Below are positions 26,601-42,664 of a stretch of 64,000 bases of DNA, in pieces. Below the pieces are notes generated by a model, which was not told the DNA's origin, did not search any database, and worked only from the letters and a program-made list of their open reading frames with translations. Where the stretch lies: NCBI RefSeq assembly GCF_009914755.1, contig NC_060945.1; one strand, given 5' to 3'. Position numbers and translations under genes: made by a program. The stretch's first letter is position 1. Every line of letters begins with the position of its first letter. This DNA is from the human T2T-CHM13v2.0 reference genome, Homo sapiens.

Positions 26601-29600
26601 AAAGACTTTCATTATTTTCTGAGTCTGTTTCCCATAGTTGGATCACAGGAACTTGTTTGGAGCTTCCGGCAGGAATGTCCAGACCCTTGTATATTCCCTG
26701 ACAAAGGACAGACCTCTTGATGGGTGAGGGTGGGGTGAGTGGGGATCTTTCTCTGGTCCGGCTCACAGCTCAGAGAGGGTGAGGGCACAGCGCTGCCTGG
26801 ATATCCAGCGGTGCAGGATCAGCCTCGAGGCCAGTGCTGTCACCCCACAGCACAGCCAAGTTATCATCACATGACATTTTCTTCTCGAAATAGACAAGCA
26901 CATATCTTTCCCTATTTAATTGCCTGCTGGTACCTTATTGTAAAATATTTGCAAGTTATTCTCTGTAGAGAATATATTTTATCGCCTCCTTTTCGAATTC
27001 CAGTTTTCTAAAGCCTCACTTTCCTTTATCCCTTAACACAGGACTGAAATATGGCAGTTTCTTAAGTCACTGGACTTGCCTAGATTGGATTTAGCGTAAC
27101 ACATGAGCTTATTTGGAAAATGCCAGCCTCTCCTTTGTGTGGTGTAGGTGTGTTTGTTCATCTGCAGGTGGCAGATGAAGTGACTCATTACCCTGACACT
27201 GGGTTGCTGTGTTCGCCATATGATTCGCAGCCAGTTAGGGACATTGGTTTCCTGGTCACTGAGCACAACTGCCCCCTTTGAAAACAGGAGCCTTTGAATA
27301 TCTGCTCCTCAACTGCTTTATGGACAATTACATGAAGCTGATTTCAGCCTGGGTCAGGGTTAGTGAATCCTGAAATAGTGTGGGTGCCCCCTCCTTTTCT
27401 TTTCCCCAGGGTGAGGGTGGGAAAGGAGTTATAATACATGTCAAAAAAAAAAAAAAAAAAAAAGCATGTGGCACAGAAAAGAATTCCTTATAATAAAGCC
27501 CAGACTTGGCCAGTCAGGCTGGTGTTTCTCCCTGTTTGGAGAGCAGCTGATCCCCTTTGGTCTTGGGCCACGGCCTTCCTCTCGTGTGGGTCAAACCAGG
27601 CCATATAGTTGTAGTCACTCACAGTGGAAAATGGGGGAAGGTAAAGTTTCCAGATAATTCCATAATGTCTGAGGTATCCTAAAGCTCTCTCTCTAAATTG
27701 CTAACTTCTACAGGGAGGTATTGTATGTCTTTGCTCACTGACAAAGAACTTTCAAGGTTAGCAAATAAATTTTCCATGAACTAGGAACCCTTTAACTTGT
27801 AAAGATTCAGAGACTACAAGGAAATGCAAAACTGGAATCTAACAGTTAAAACTGGAGAAGTCACTCCTCTGAACATATTGATAGTTCTAATAAAATGTTG
27901 TGATTTCCCTAAATGCCACACTTTTTTTTTGATTCTGACCCTGATTTCCCTTCTCTTGAAGCTTAAAGCCAAGTTTTCTGATTTAATACATAATATGATT
28001 TTTATGCACTCCTGGTTGATTCTTTTGTCTGCTTTCACCAATGCAAAATGTCAGGCTGGCTTAAGTGTAAAGCTTGTGAAACCCGAAGTTTTGGTTTAGT
28101 AATACAGGCTTTCCTTTCAATCTCTGTGGCCAGGAAAAAAAAAAAGGGAGTGTCGGGGAAAACTAGCAGGTTGATACAGATGAGGTTTCTTAAACATGAG
28201 GATATAGGGCAAGGTTTACCAAATTTGCATTTAAATGAAAAATACCATCCCACTCTACCATTGATCTGGTGTTTGGTCCTACAGCACATTGTGCAATTGC
28301 CTTGCTCCTTTACAAGCAATTTTGTTTGTGCTGAGAGCCGTTCATTTGCGTGCTTTTTTTGTTGAAATTGTTCCATTAAGGAAGGCAACTGCAGGAGAAA
28401 CTGATGATGTAATTGACTACAGGTGGCTCTTGTTCTTTTTGCCCTTTAAAATGAAGCAAAACTTTTCAATGAACGTGTCATCCATGAGATCTATTGAGAA
28501 CTTTAATTTAGCAATCCAAATCTTCTTAGTATTTTAGGTTGCTATTTTTTTCAGTATTCCAGGTGACTTAATTTTAACATTTGAATACTAGGATACTTTA
28601 TGGTAACAATGACCAGCTGTAGTCACTAAGACAGTTTCTCAAAACTGCCTCAAACTTTTTAGAAAGAGATCTGACAAGCATGTCTTTACAAAATGTAATT
28701 TATTAAGACAAGAGTGCTCATTTAGCTTTGCCACTTCTTCAGCCACCTCTGAGAAGGTGTCACCGTTGAGAAGGTATAGAAAAGTTATGAAAACGAACAC
28801 CTTCACTTTGTGTATAAGGAAATGGACAGATAGTGTCAACTCATGGGGAGGTTAGAGGTCACTGGAGCTGGTGCCCCCTTTTAGTTTGGCCTGAGGGAAG
28901 ATGACCACATATGTAGCTTGACGGACTGTGGCTTTTTTCTAGACAATCCTCTGTGATTCAGACTTTCATGAAAGGCTGGTGGGGGCATTTGTAGATAGGT
29001 GGATTCTCCCAGATCTCGCAAATCATACCACATAGATGATCACCTGCTTTCTACCTGACTGCAAAGCCTCTGATTTCTGGAGTCTTTTAAAAGGAAGTGT
29101 TCTAAAATCTATATTGGCTCTAAACCTGATCTCATAATAATTCCCTTAAGAACCCTTAAGATATTTCTGTTTACTCACTAGTTTCAGTGTAAACAAAAAG
29201 TACTATACAATTCCCAGCTCCCAGCTGCAGAGAAGTTTCATATATTGGTCATTGAAACTGACCTGAGTATGTTTGAAGGACTGGACTTTTTTCATTGTTA
29301 ATAGATTGCTCTAGGCCTTTGGCCTCTTTAAAACTTAAAAACATTATAAGGAAAGAGGAAGAGAAGGCAGGTGCCTCCCCGGACCCCCACCTCCAGGGAG
29401 CTGTGCATTTCTAAAGAACTTTGCAGAAGAGCTGGGGAATTCTGAACCAGTTGAGAAAGCTGAGTCTGAACACTTTTAGAGATAATTAGAATTTCTTTTT
29501 CTTGGTCTGCTCTGCCAGCATATGGGGTGACCCTACTCTCCCACCACTGGACTTCCTCCCCAGCCCCACCCCTTGTTCTTTAATGAGAGTCGAGAAATAA

Positions 29601-29795
29601 TTTACCAATCGTAAATTGCTGTTTTCCTAACATAAGGCAAAGTATGCACCATCTAGCTGCTGACCTCAAATCAAGATGCATTTTTAAAAGCACACTGTTC
29701 AGGTCCTAATTCTGTTTGAGGTGCCTAGACAAAAAGACATTGCCTTCTTCCGGTGATTCTTTTGTGAAGTCTAGGAGGTCTGTCAGGGGTTAGAA

Positions 29796-29904
29796 AGACC
29801 AGCTTGTCCTAGTTTTTCCAGGACTTTCCTGGTTTTAAAACTGAAAATCCTGTGTAGCAGGGAATCACTGAGTCCCAGGGAAATCTAGATGGTTTAGTCC
29901 CCCA
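29796..29904 (-). mobile_element. MER81-like hAT MITE
   Basis: Reverse-similar to 34211-34318 (ggactttcctggttttaaaactgaaaatcc). Confidence 0.55.
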
Positions 29905-29997
29905 CTAGGGGCTAAAAACTAACTTGTAGCATTTTCCCACAAAACCTAATTAGGAATGGAGACCGTAAAAGGGAAAGTGATAAATGAGTGCATCTCT

Positions 29998-30016
29998 TGA
30001 CCACTAGGGGGCACCA
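29998..30016 (+). promoter_or_regulatory. CTCF motif
   Basis: TGACCACTAGGGGGCACCA, near-perfect core consensus. Confidence 0.75.
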
Positions 30017-30380
30017 ATGGCCTCCAGAAGTTGTTTCCCTACCTTGACGTTTGAGGGTAGGTTCTAAAAACCATAGTAAGGAACCAAGATTTAAAAAGGC
30101 AAAATGTCATGGGTAGTCCCTTCATCCTCTTGTGGTGATGATCCAGGTCTGTGCCCTGTTAGATTTTTGGCTAGAGGGACCTCAAATCACTCTTGCCAAG
30201 TTGAAAAATTGGCGAAAAATAACCATGTGAAGCCAAATAGAAAGTTCCATTTGGAGCTTGTCCATTAGAAGCTGTGGCCCCAAAGGTGATGTGAAGGAAC
30301 AAGCAGGCCTGCCCACAGTTCAGGTCGAAACAGTTACTATAGTTCACAAGTCGACGTAGAGGAGTTGTGGTCTTGCCTTG

Positions 30381-31346
<966 letters not shown>

Positions 31347-31572
31347 CCTTGGTTGTTAGAGGTTTGGTGCAGGGATTCTCACTTTTTCTCCATGGCATCC
31401 ATGGCCATCATGCAAGTCTTTGGAAAATGAGCAGAGTGGCTCTATGCAGGAAGTTTCTGAAATAGGCTAAGTACTACCTGCTTCAGGGTTTCCTCCCTCT
31501 GCAAGTTGATGAGTAGTTGACCTGCTGAACTGTGCTGGGGAAAAGTTGAGGATTCCCATGTGGAAATTCAGC

Positions 31573-32076
31573 TGTATTCATTTTCTATCATTGCCATAAC
31601 AAATTACACCACAAGCTTGGTGGCTTTGAATAACTCCAATTTATTAACTCACAGTTCTGTTGATCAGAAACTTGACATGGGTCTCACTGAACTAAAATCA
31701 AGGCACTAGCAGGGCTGCATTTCTTTCTGGAGGCTCTAGGAGATAATCCAGGTCCTCACCTCCCCAGCTTCTAGAGGCTGCTTGCATGTCTTGGCTCATG
31801 GCCCCATCCTCCGTCTTTACTCCAGCCATATTTCATTTCTCCGACCCTTCTTCCCTAATCAAACCTGTCCTGACCACAGCTGGGAAAGGTTCTCATTTTC
31901 AAGCGCTCATGTGATGAGATTGGGTTTGCCTAATAATCCAGGATAATCTCCCCATGTCAAAATCCATAACCTTGATATCATTTGCAAAGTCATTTTTGCC
32001 ATGCAAGGTAATGCATTCACAGATGCTGTGAACTAGTACATGGACATCTTTGAGAGGTCATTATTCTTCCTACTGC
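31573..32076 (-). mobile_element. MLT1 (C/D-like) LTR
   Basis: tgccataacaaattac...ctcacagttct...tctggaggctctagg...ggacatctttg. Confidence 0.8.
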
Positions 32077-33084
32077 ACGAGTAAATGCCCCAGAGCTTGT
32101 TCTCTCACATTCTGTCATGGTCATTCCAGGCCATGGCCAGAGAGAGTGTGGTCAAGGGTTGACCTATTTGGAAAGTCAGTTTGTGGTTATTTGCTTGGCT
32201 GTGTTGGGGATTGCCCTATTGACCCTAACCAGTGTCTTCTCAGACTCTGAAATGAGAAAAGCAAGTCTGAAAAGTCCCTTTCCTACATGAGGAAGTGGCC
32301 TTACTTGGTGTGCTATGCTCTCTGGGTGCTTTTATTGAAAGCTATTCATAGCCAAGGCAGACATTGGTTTTACCTGCCTTAAAAAATTCCAGACCCAAAT
32401 TCTTTTGGCTAAACGACATGAAATGTGCTACTTGGGGCCATGATGGCCTGGATTAAAGCAGATTCGATGAGATTTTCCAAGGAGATCCATGGCCCTGCCT
32501 GCCTTGTTGGAAGAAAGGGTGGAATTGTTTGCCCAGATGCAGGCTTTGCAGGACTTCCTGGTTTCTGCATGTGGATGTCTGCCCCACTAGGTTGTCTAAG
32601 GGCATGGGAATGGAGGATGAGGCCTGTTGTTAATAAGGCAGAAGGACATTTTGCACTCTAGGTGTTGGTGTGGGGGAATGCAACATCAAACCCATTGTCA
32701 TCTGGAGTTGTAGCAAGGGTTTCCTACAGAGGGGACAGAATATGCACACATGACTAGAGACCCCCCCCATCCCTGGCCTACCTGGCCACCAAAGTTGTCC
32801 ACCAGGGCTGCCGAATGTTTTCTCTCCAATGCCCCAAGCACACAGGGCATGCATGTTTTACAGCCTCAACCCAGCTCCATTTTCTGTCCTAACCACTGTT
32901 TGTACTTTGCACTTTCCACCTGCTTCTGATATGTGTTCTCTTATCACCATGGATTCCAAACCTTACAGAGCAGAGCTGGGTAAAACAAACAAACAAACAA
33001 ATAAACAAGCCAACTCCCATCACTCTGAGGAAGGACCCTGCTGGCCCTGGGGTCCCCTCCATTTGTCCAGGGTGGGAATGAGAG

Positions 33085-33290
33085 AATGGATCCTAGCTGA
33101 CTGCCTGGGTTCAAATCCTGCTTTGTGACCTTGGACAAGTTTCTCTACCTCTCTGTGTCTTGGTTTTCTTAAATGGAGACAGTAGTAGTACCTACACCTG
33201 ATAGGGTTGTTGCTAGGATTAAATCTGAGTTGATACAAGTGCTCAGAACCATGAGTAGTACAGAGCACATGCTCCATATGTGTTAGTTGC
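33085..33290 (+). mobile_element. MIR
   Basis: gcctgggttcaaatcc...tgtgaccttggacaagtt. Confidence 0.8.
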
Positions 33291-34210
33291 TATCATTATC
33301 ACTTTCATCATTACCATTATTATTTTGCAACATAACCATTTTGCTCATCATCACATTTGTAAAAGACAGAACTGGAATCTGCGATCTTCTTAAGGCCTCA
33401 GGTGTATTATTTTGAGAAATGCATGTAATTATGTATCTCCTTTTTAGAATGAGAATTGGGGGCATGTTCCAAGGTGGCATGTATGAATCGATACTGATCT
33501 TTTGATCTCTAAATTCCTGGGACGCGGCACCCGTTCAGGTACACAGGGCACTCTTTTCTCACCAGCTGCTGATGGGTTGGGGATGCCTGCAGGGTCTTCT
33601 GATTGGACTTGGACAGAGATTCTTGCTTTTCTCTTTAATCCAGGGACAGTATAGAGGATCAAAGAGAAATTGCAGCCTTTGTTGAGAGTGATTTAGAGAT
33701 TCAGAAATGAGGAGGGCCTGGTGTCTGGCCCATTTGGGTGGTGCCCTTTGGTCTGGAGTGTCTGTCACAATTCTGGGGTAGGTTTGCCACCTGTGCTACG
33801 CCAGTGATTTTTTTAACTGCATCTCTAGTTGAGCTGAGCAGCAGACTTTTCCAAAGGTGGCCAAAGCCAGGAGGGGAAAGGCCGTCCCTGTATTAGCTGG
33901 TTCTCCACAGACTTGGGGAGTTTGTTAGGCTTGTCTTAAATTCTCATCTCTTCCCTGAACACTGACAGACCTCAGCCCTGTTTATCTGGTCCCTTCCCCT
34001 CCCCTCCCCTTCCCTTCTCTTCTCAGCAGCTGTTATTTCCCTATCTTTGGTCCCACCTCCTCAGCATTCAAAGTGTTAACCATCAAGTCTGATGGATGCA
34101 TCTATGCTGGTGTTTTCATTAGCGAGGAGCAAAGGCCTGCTTCTTGGTGAGGAAAACATCAACAATGGTATTTCCCCATCTAAAAATAAGGCTTTTATCT
34201 GGGCAGACAA

Positions 34211-34318
34211 TAGGGTGACCAATAATCCCAGCTTGCCCAGGACTTAGGGGGAGATGGTGGGATTTTCAGTTTTAAAATCAGGACAGTCCTGGGCAAACCA
34301 GGGTGAGTTGGTCACGCA
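34211..34318 (+). mobile_element. MER81-like hAT-Blackjack MITE
   Basis: TIRs tagggtgaccaa / ttggtcacgc, inner inverted ttgcccaggact / agtcctgggcaa. Confidence 0.75.
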
Positions 34319-34439
34319 GTGATTGTCATTTTGGGTGGGTGGAGAAAGGAGCCCCTGACAGGCAAGCTGGGGAGACATTTGGGGATAGTTGAGGCCAGGA
34401 GAACTGCGGGGCCTGCCAAGGCTCTCCTTCAGGAGGAGT

Positions 34440-34739
34440 GGTTTTGCTGTCTCTGGCTGCCTGTGATGAGGAATCTCATAGGCCTGTGAGGACAGGGTTT
34501 TGCTGTCTTTATAGGAGCTCACTGTGATGAGGAATCTCATAGGCCTGTGAGGACAGGGTTTCGCTGTCTCTATAGGAGCTCACTGTGATAAGGAATCTCA
34601 TAGGCCTGTGAGGACAGGGTTTCGCTGTCTCTATAGGAGCTCACTGTGATGAGGAATCTCATAGGCCTGTGAGGACAGGGTTTCATTGTCTCTGTAGGAG
34701 CTGCCTGTAATGAGGAGTCTCATAGACCTGTGAGGACAG
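34440..34739. repeat. 61-bp minisatellite, about 4.5-5 copies
   Basis: ctgtgatgaggaatctcataggcctgtgaggacagggtttcgctgtctctataggagctca at 34461, 34522, 34583, 34644 plus partials. Confidence 0.93.
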
Positions 34740-34938
34740 TGGTCATGTGCTCCATGATGTGAGTTTTCATGGGGTACCTTCCGTGGTCCTGGCCCTGTGC
34801 TTCCATGGGGAGTGGGAAGAAAATTCACATGGGCCACGCCACAAGGAGGCATTAGCACTTGTTCTGTAGGGAGGCTGACACTGTCCTGCTCTGAAGGAAT
34901 GTCACCTACAGGAAACAATTAGTAACCAATTGGGTGCT

Positions 34939-35155
34939 AAAGGAAGGAAGGAAGGACAGAAGGAAGGAAGGAAAGAGACAAAAGGAATGAAGGAGGAAGG
35001 AAGGGAGGGAGGGAGATAGGGAAGGGAAGGAAAGGGATGGAAGGAAGAAAGGAAAGAGAAAGACAGAAGGGAGGAAGGAAGGAAAGAGGAAGGAAGGAAG
35101 GAAGCAAGGAATGAAAGAGAAAGACAGACGGAAGGGAGGATGGAAGGAAGGAGAG
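34939..35155. repeat. Polypurine (GGAA/GAAG)-rich low-complexity tract
   Basis: ~215 bp almost entirely A/G. Confidence 0.92.
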
Positions 35156-35805
35156 CAGATTATCCAAGGTCCTAAGTGTTGTGTCAGGCATTGTTCTAGG
35201 CGTCGTATGTGTACCATCTCATTTAATTCTTATCCAGCACTAAGAGGTAGGTACTATTATGCTTTCATTGTACATGAAGAAAGACAAGACACTAGAAGGT
35301 CAGGTGACTTGCCAGTGGTCACACTGCCTGGGAGCACTGTGATTCCAATTTGCATTTTAATAACATTCCAGCAGAATGACCTAAGGAAAATGGCATCTTA
35401 TCAGGGTTAACCTTGTCCAGGATACGGGTTAGGAATTCCAGCCAGAGAGACCCCCCAGGCCCGAGGCTCTGAGACCCGGCAAGAGTGGCTTCAAAAGCAG
35501 AAACGCTGTGCTGGGCAAGAGACTGATGATCAGGTAAAGGGTAGGGAAGAGTCCAGTTTCCATCTTGAGCACCAGGAAAAACAGTGGGGCCATTGAGTGG
35601 AGAGAGGAGAGCGAGAGAGAGAGCGCACTTTATTCTTTGAAGTCTATTTGCATCTTTGGCCAGGTTATTTAGCATCTCTGAAGTTCAGTTTCCTTGTTTA
35701 TAAAATGGGATGAATAATAGGACATGTCTTACACGATTTTAAGAGGATTAAATTCAACAACATCCACAAATGATTTAGAACCTTACCTGAAGTCAGAGTA
35801 GGTAG

Positions 35806-36146
<341 letters not shown>

Positions 36147-36258
36147 CTATTATCTGTTTTTAAAGTCACCTTAGAAATTGTTGCTTTTTGGAGGATATTC
36201 TCCTTAATTCCTGTTCTGCAAAGGAATGGGCTAGTTTGTTCCTCCTGCATCTTGTTAT

Positions 36259-37163
<905 letters not shown>

Positions 37164-37646
37164 TTATAACCCTTCTTCACGTGCTTCCGCATTCCCATGG
37201 TGTTGAACTTCAAGCTGTCATGGGGAGTGGCTGTGTTCTCCTCCCATTCCTTGGAATTCCCTCTCTTCGAGGGGGTGGTAGGAAAAGTCAGCCGCCCACT
37301 GCTCAGGCTTTCTTAACACCGACCCCAACAGTCAGAAGGGACCTTAGCCTTTTCACCGCTACAGAGGACTGTGGTGTCATTTCTGGAAAAGGAAGCAGTT
37401 CTCTGGACGCTTGCCACCTCCGCCACGGGTCAAGGTGTGCTCAGCCGTCCAGGTGAGCCCTTCTCTGGACCTTTCACAAGAGGTTTGTCTGGCTCCTAGA
37501 TACGAATGCCTGGCCAGGGATTTTTGCCTTTTTGTCTCCTGGCTGAAGATCTGTTTGCTTTGCAATTTAGAAAGGGACTTAAGTTTTTAATTTTCACTTG
37601 GAGTAGGTATAGGATGTGTTACTTTTTAGGAGAAAAAAAATCAGTG

Positions 37647-37918
<272 letters not shown>

Positions 37919-40900
37919 TCAGTGGTTCTTTAAGGACTGCACAATTTGGCATAAAAATCTCACTAATTGAGGCTCGTTAAAAGGCACCCTGCACTCCGTA
38001 ATTGTCTGCTCTGGTGTGTTCAGGTTTGGAAGAGTAATGATGATGATGTTGATGATGATAATGACAATAATAGCTACCTTTATTGGGTGCCCAGGGATTC
38101 CAGTGTATCACACACAGATCTTGCATGATGTAGGTGCATGTATCCCTATTTTTTTAAAAAAGGGAGAAACTGAGGCTCAGGGAGAACAACTGAATCGCCC
38201 GAGGCCACACAATTAGTAAGTAGGGGGCCAAGGTTCCAACAGCTCTCCCTGGCTCCAACGCCAGCACCCATTCCCGTCCACCATGTTGCCTTGGAGAAAC
38301 CTGATGTTGCCTGAAAAGGGAAATTTCAACTCCTCAGGCAAATGGATAAACTCATAATTTTTTTTTAATTTACAGAACTATTCAAAATCAAGAAGTCTCA
38401 TCAATTTAAATATTGCATTTTAAGTTATAACCATCAGACTGGGGGCTGGGCACAGAAGGCAGCCTGGCGGACTTGCTGCGGGTGACTCAGGCCCTCTCAC
38501 TTTCTCTCCCACCTCCTCTTCTCCTCCTCCCGTAGATGTGACTCTCGGTGGGTGATCTCTTAGTAGTGAGAATTTGTGAACTTCTGGAAGGGAAAAAGCT
38601 CATGGACTTTGGCCCAGGAAAGAATGAGCAGGGAGGAGCTGTGAGGCACTTTCTACGGGGGACCCGGCCCCAGGCGCATGGGAGCCACTGGATTCAGGCC
38701 CCCGTCATTTTGTGAGCGTTTCCTGTGCTCTAGGAACACCCTGATGACCGAAGATGGGGGGCTGTTGACTCCGGAAACCCTCATAGAAAGGGGCAGAGAG
38801 ACCCCAGCTCCCCCACCTTTTCCTCGTGGAAGCAATGGAAGACCCAATAGGGCTGAAACCTGCCCGTGTCCCAGGACCGTCTGCAGGGGATGGGACAATC
38901 TCTGGGTCCTGTCTTGATCCAAATATCAGGCCTCCATGCAGAGGCGTGGGGGCGCAGGCTGGGGGCGTGGCGAGCAGCCAGGGCTCCCGCGTGTCTCTTT
39001 CACAAGCACCCGCCATTCCATATGCCAGATGCTGACAGTAATATCCCTCAGGCTCTCCTGGGTTGAGTTTACAACTCACACATTCCACGAGGGGTGTTCA
39101 TCAACCCCGTACGTCAACCCCCTAGCGTCAGTTGTACATGCAGTGAAATTTCCTGTGCTTCAGGGACTGACACCCAGCCTCCATGGGCAGGGCAGGCGCA
39201 GCGGAGGTGGGGAGGGCTGGCTGTGTGGCTTGAAGGCCAAGATCTTCCTGCTTGGCCACGAAATGCATGCTTGACTGCCAGTGTCCAAAGTGTGTGAGGC
39301 CACTGGGCATCCAGCAAAAGGCCGGGAAGGGATTCAGGGAAGTGTGTGGGTGGGACTGGGAGGAGGGAGTCACCTCCCGTCTGATCTGCCTTAACTCTTT
39401 CTCTCTGGCTTTTCATCAGTTTGGTTCAGCTGCCAACAGAGAGAGCCCTGGCTGGGTCTTCTGGCCCCTTTGTTCCCCTCTGAGGACAACTCTCTGGCCT
39501 CCCACACCTCACTCTGTCTCTGACTCTGGCCTCCTCTGGTCACCTACTGTTTTTATTCAGCCTGAAGTCCCCCTGGCACGCTGGAATGGAGCGGCCCATT
39601 ATCACTCACTCACTCTCCACATCCTGCGATGGCAAATCAGCTGCTTGCTCCCAGATCCCTCCACCAGACGCCATGTCTTTCTCCTGGTTTTCTGCAGGGA
39701 CTGGCATCCTTCCCTGCACACGGATGCATTTCCTGCCTCCTCGGTTGAAAGCCAGTTATCAGAAAATACCCAATTAAAATATTACCGCTTTGTGGCCTCT
39801 TTATCTTCTCTCCACCACCTCCAAATTGTTTTTCATTATATTTGGGCAGAGTAGAGAAAAGTGCTTACTTGATGGAACGTGTTCACCATGTAAGCCCACA
39901 CAGAATTTTCTAGAAAGATGGTAGAATCAAGAAGGTGGTAGGGGGTGGCTTGCTCTGGTGAGAAGGAGAGTGTGGGGTGTTGAGGAGCAGCCAGGAATGT
40001 CTTGGGGAGTCATCGCCCCGTCAGGTCTGCGTCGGGATGCCAGGTGTTTGGTCCTTTGAAGGCAGTGGTGGGGCAGAGAGCTGTCTAGTGGGAGGTGGCT
40101 GTGTGGGTGGTGCCCTGTACATGTAACTCCAGACCACTGGAGAGGCCATTTGCCTGAACAAAAAGAAGGAATTAAGAAAAAGGCCTTTTTTCTAAATTTG
40201 GGTAGAGTAAGCATGAAAAGAGCCGGCAGGAGAGTCTGTAATTTAGAGAGGGCGTGTGGTGAGGAGGAACTGGTGACCTCGTGGTGCCATTTGGACCCAT
40301 ACGACTCGGACCTTGGTGGGGAGCCCTGAGACAGGGAGGTTCACAAGGCCAGGACCCAGCAGAATCCCCAGGTTCTCAGATGACGAGGCTGGTATCCCGA
40401 GAGCTTTTCGGAATGTGGTGTCAGAGGCTTTGGAGGCACCGTTTCTTTCTTTCGAGAATTACCTTTGGAGGAACTCAACAAAGTTGAATTCGAAAGGCAA
40501 ACATGCAATTCTGGGTTATCCAAGCACCTAAGTCTTCGCTGGAAACAAGACACTCTACATTCTCAAACTGCTTACTTTGATTTGATCAGAAATGTATATG
40601 TACAAAAATTTCCTTCCTAAGCTGAGAATCCTGCTGAGAAATTTTAGCCCAGAGTGCACTTAGCCTGAGAGAGTTATCAGCACTGGGGGAAAATGAAGGC
40701 TGTGTATGATAAAATGTCCCAATTATGGCGACAGTGTCAGTTATTCCCTCGGAATATATGTCTTTATCCCATCATCTTGTCGGGCTAATGAATATGACCA
40801 AGGCCATCCTCTCCCATTATTGCTCAATAATGGGCAATGGAGATGGCGTATCTTCGCCTTTATTTTTGCTGGCACATCCAGGCCCTGAAGCACATTAAAG

Positions 40901-42610
40901 TAATAAAATTAGGCAGCAAGTCATCCCAGTCACTCCCACCATGTTCCCGTAACCCCCTCATTTACAACAGACTGAGACAGAAAGGAATTTTTTAGAGCAA
41001 TTTGCGATGAGGCAATACTGGATATGTAAATTCTGTTTTATTGGCAGTCACTGCTGCTGGCTAATTCTAAATGCCTAACAGCCTTTGGTTCACTAGCCAT
41101 GCTGGGTCGGGACACAGTTTGGTTTTAAGGCCACAAAGGGGGAAATGTATAATTGCAACTTTCTTCCGTGTCTTAAGCTGTGGCCGAACAGATATTGTCC
41201 CATCCTGTTTCTGGCCAGATGTTCCATTCCAGTGGCAGATCCGAGAAGGAGCCTGTTAAGAAGTTTAAGTTTTTACTGAGTTGGCTGACTAAGGCAGTTT
41301 TTATTTTTTGAAAAATTTATTGCTCCTACCGGCTTTATTCCCCCTAAAGAAGTAGCTGCCAGAGTTCAGGAAATAGCAAGAAAAACAATTTCAAGGGAAA
41401 TCACTAACTTGAGTTTGAGACCAGAGACCGAGCAGGCGGAGAGCCCCGTGCAATATAATTATTCTGCAGATGCCACGGTGGAAAGAGGCCACTGCAAGAA
41501 GGGTCCATTCCAGAGGCAGAGCTTTGTCTAGGGGTGCTTGAACAAGATGCCCCTCACTGGAACGGGACACACACACTCAGGAGAGATTTGCCACATACAC
41601 AGTGAGTTATAAGAGGGTTCCAAAAGTTAGAGAGACGGGAGAAAAAACGAACACAGTTGCCCCACTTCGCAGAACTTATTTTAGACTTTGCTGTGCTTCA
41701 TGTAACTACTATAAAAATGAGAGGTTTACAAGCTGCAGAGCAAGTCGGGACTGGCCAAAACATGCGTCCTTGCACTTTCTTCTCCCCGCTCCGCCTTTGC
41801 TTGGCTTGACTGCTCAAACCTGCAGTAGTTAAGAAAGTTCCACGGTTTAAGAGGGTTCCCAGGTCATCAGCCACTGGGAGTTTTCTCTGACTCAGCTCTG
41901 CACTTCCACTTGCTCCAGAACAGGGAGTGAGGAGGAGATGGGGGTGGCCTTCGAAATGGCCATAGGGTGGTGGGACCCCAAGGTGGGGAACAGCCTCAGG
42001 TGGACGAGGGGATGCTTTTCAGGGCCCATCTGCCGGGACTTGTTGTGACCACTTGGATGTATGTGTCATAACTGTCCACCTTCCACCCTTCAGGCTCCCA
42101 GCAACTTCAAGATACCTGGAGAGATTCTCAGACCCTCCCCTCTAATAGGCAGAGAGGAAATTAATGCTGGCGTGGGGAGGGGAGAGTGGGAGAGGATGTG
42201 ACGCACAGGCCCAGAGCTTAGGGACTCTGAATTCAGTAATCTGGGTCTATTGGTGCCCCTTCATATGCAGTAAGGTCACCTATTAACTCTGTGTTTATGG
42301 AGCTGTATTTATCACCTGGAAAGTGATATCATCCTGCAAGTCTTCTTATCAATGGATCATCCAATTGGGGGTTCACATTGTTTTGTCTTACACATTGACA
42401 ATAATGCTGGTAGCATCAGCCTTATCTCTTGCCCGAGATTGGACTAAGGCTGAACTTCTCACAGCATGGTTTCTGACCACTGGCATTGTATCACTTTGGA
42501 GGAACATGTTAAAAATTCACATTCCTAGGCCCCATGCAGCAGGACCCACTGAATCAAACTCTGTATATTTTTTAAATTACTATTTTAACATTCTTTTCTT
42601 TTGTATTTAG

Positions 42611-42664
42611 GTAAAACTTACTGCATTAGGCTGTTCTCGCATTGCTATAAAGAAATACCTGAGA
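42611..42664 (+). CDS. CLIC6: CLIC6 alternative cassette exon, 18 aa VKLTALGCSRIAIKKYLR (long 704-aa isoform)
   Basis: Acceptor ttcttttcttttgtatttag/ at 42610, donor AGA/gtgggt at 42665; 54 nt, phase 0-0, no stop; peptide matches my recollection of the long CLIC6 isoform insert. Confidence 0.85.

Noticed and set aside
32150-32164. GGTCA-n5-TGACC as an estrogen response element
   Set aside because: Spacer is 5 nt rather than 3; no other support
34440-34739. CRISPR-like array
   Set aside because: Head-to-tail units without unique spacers; eukaryotic minisatellite
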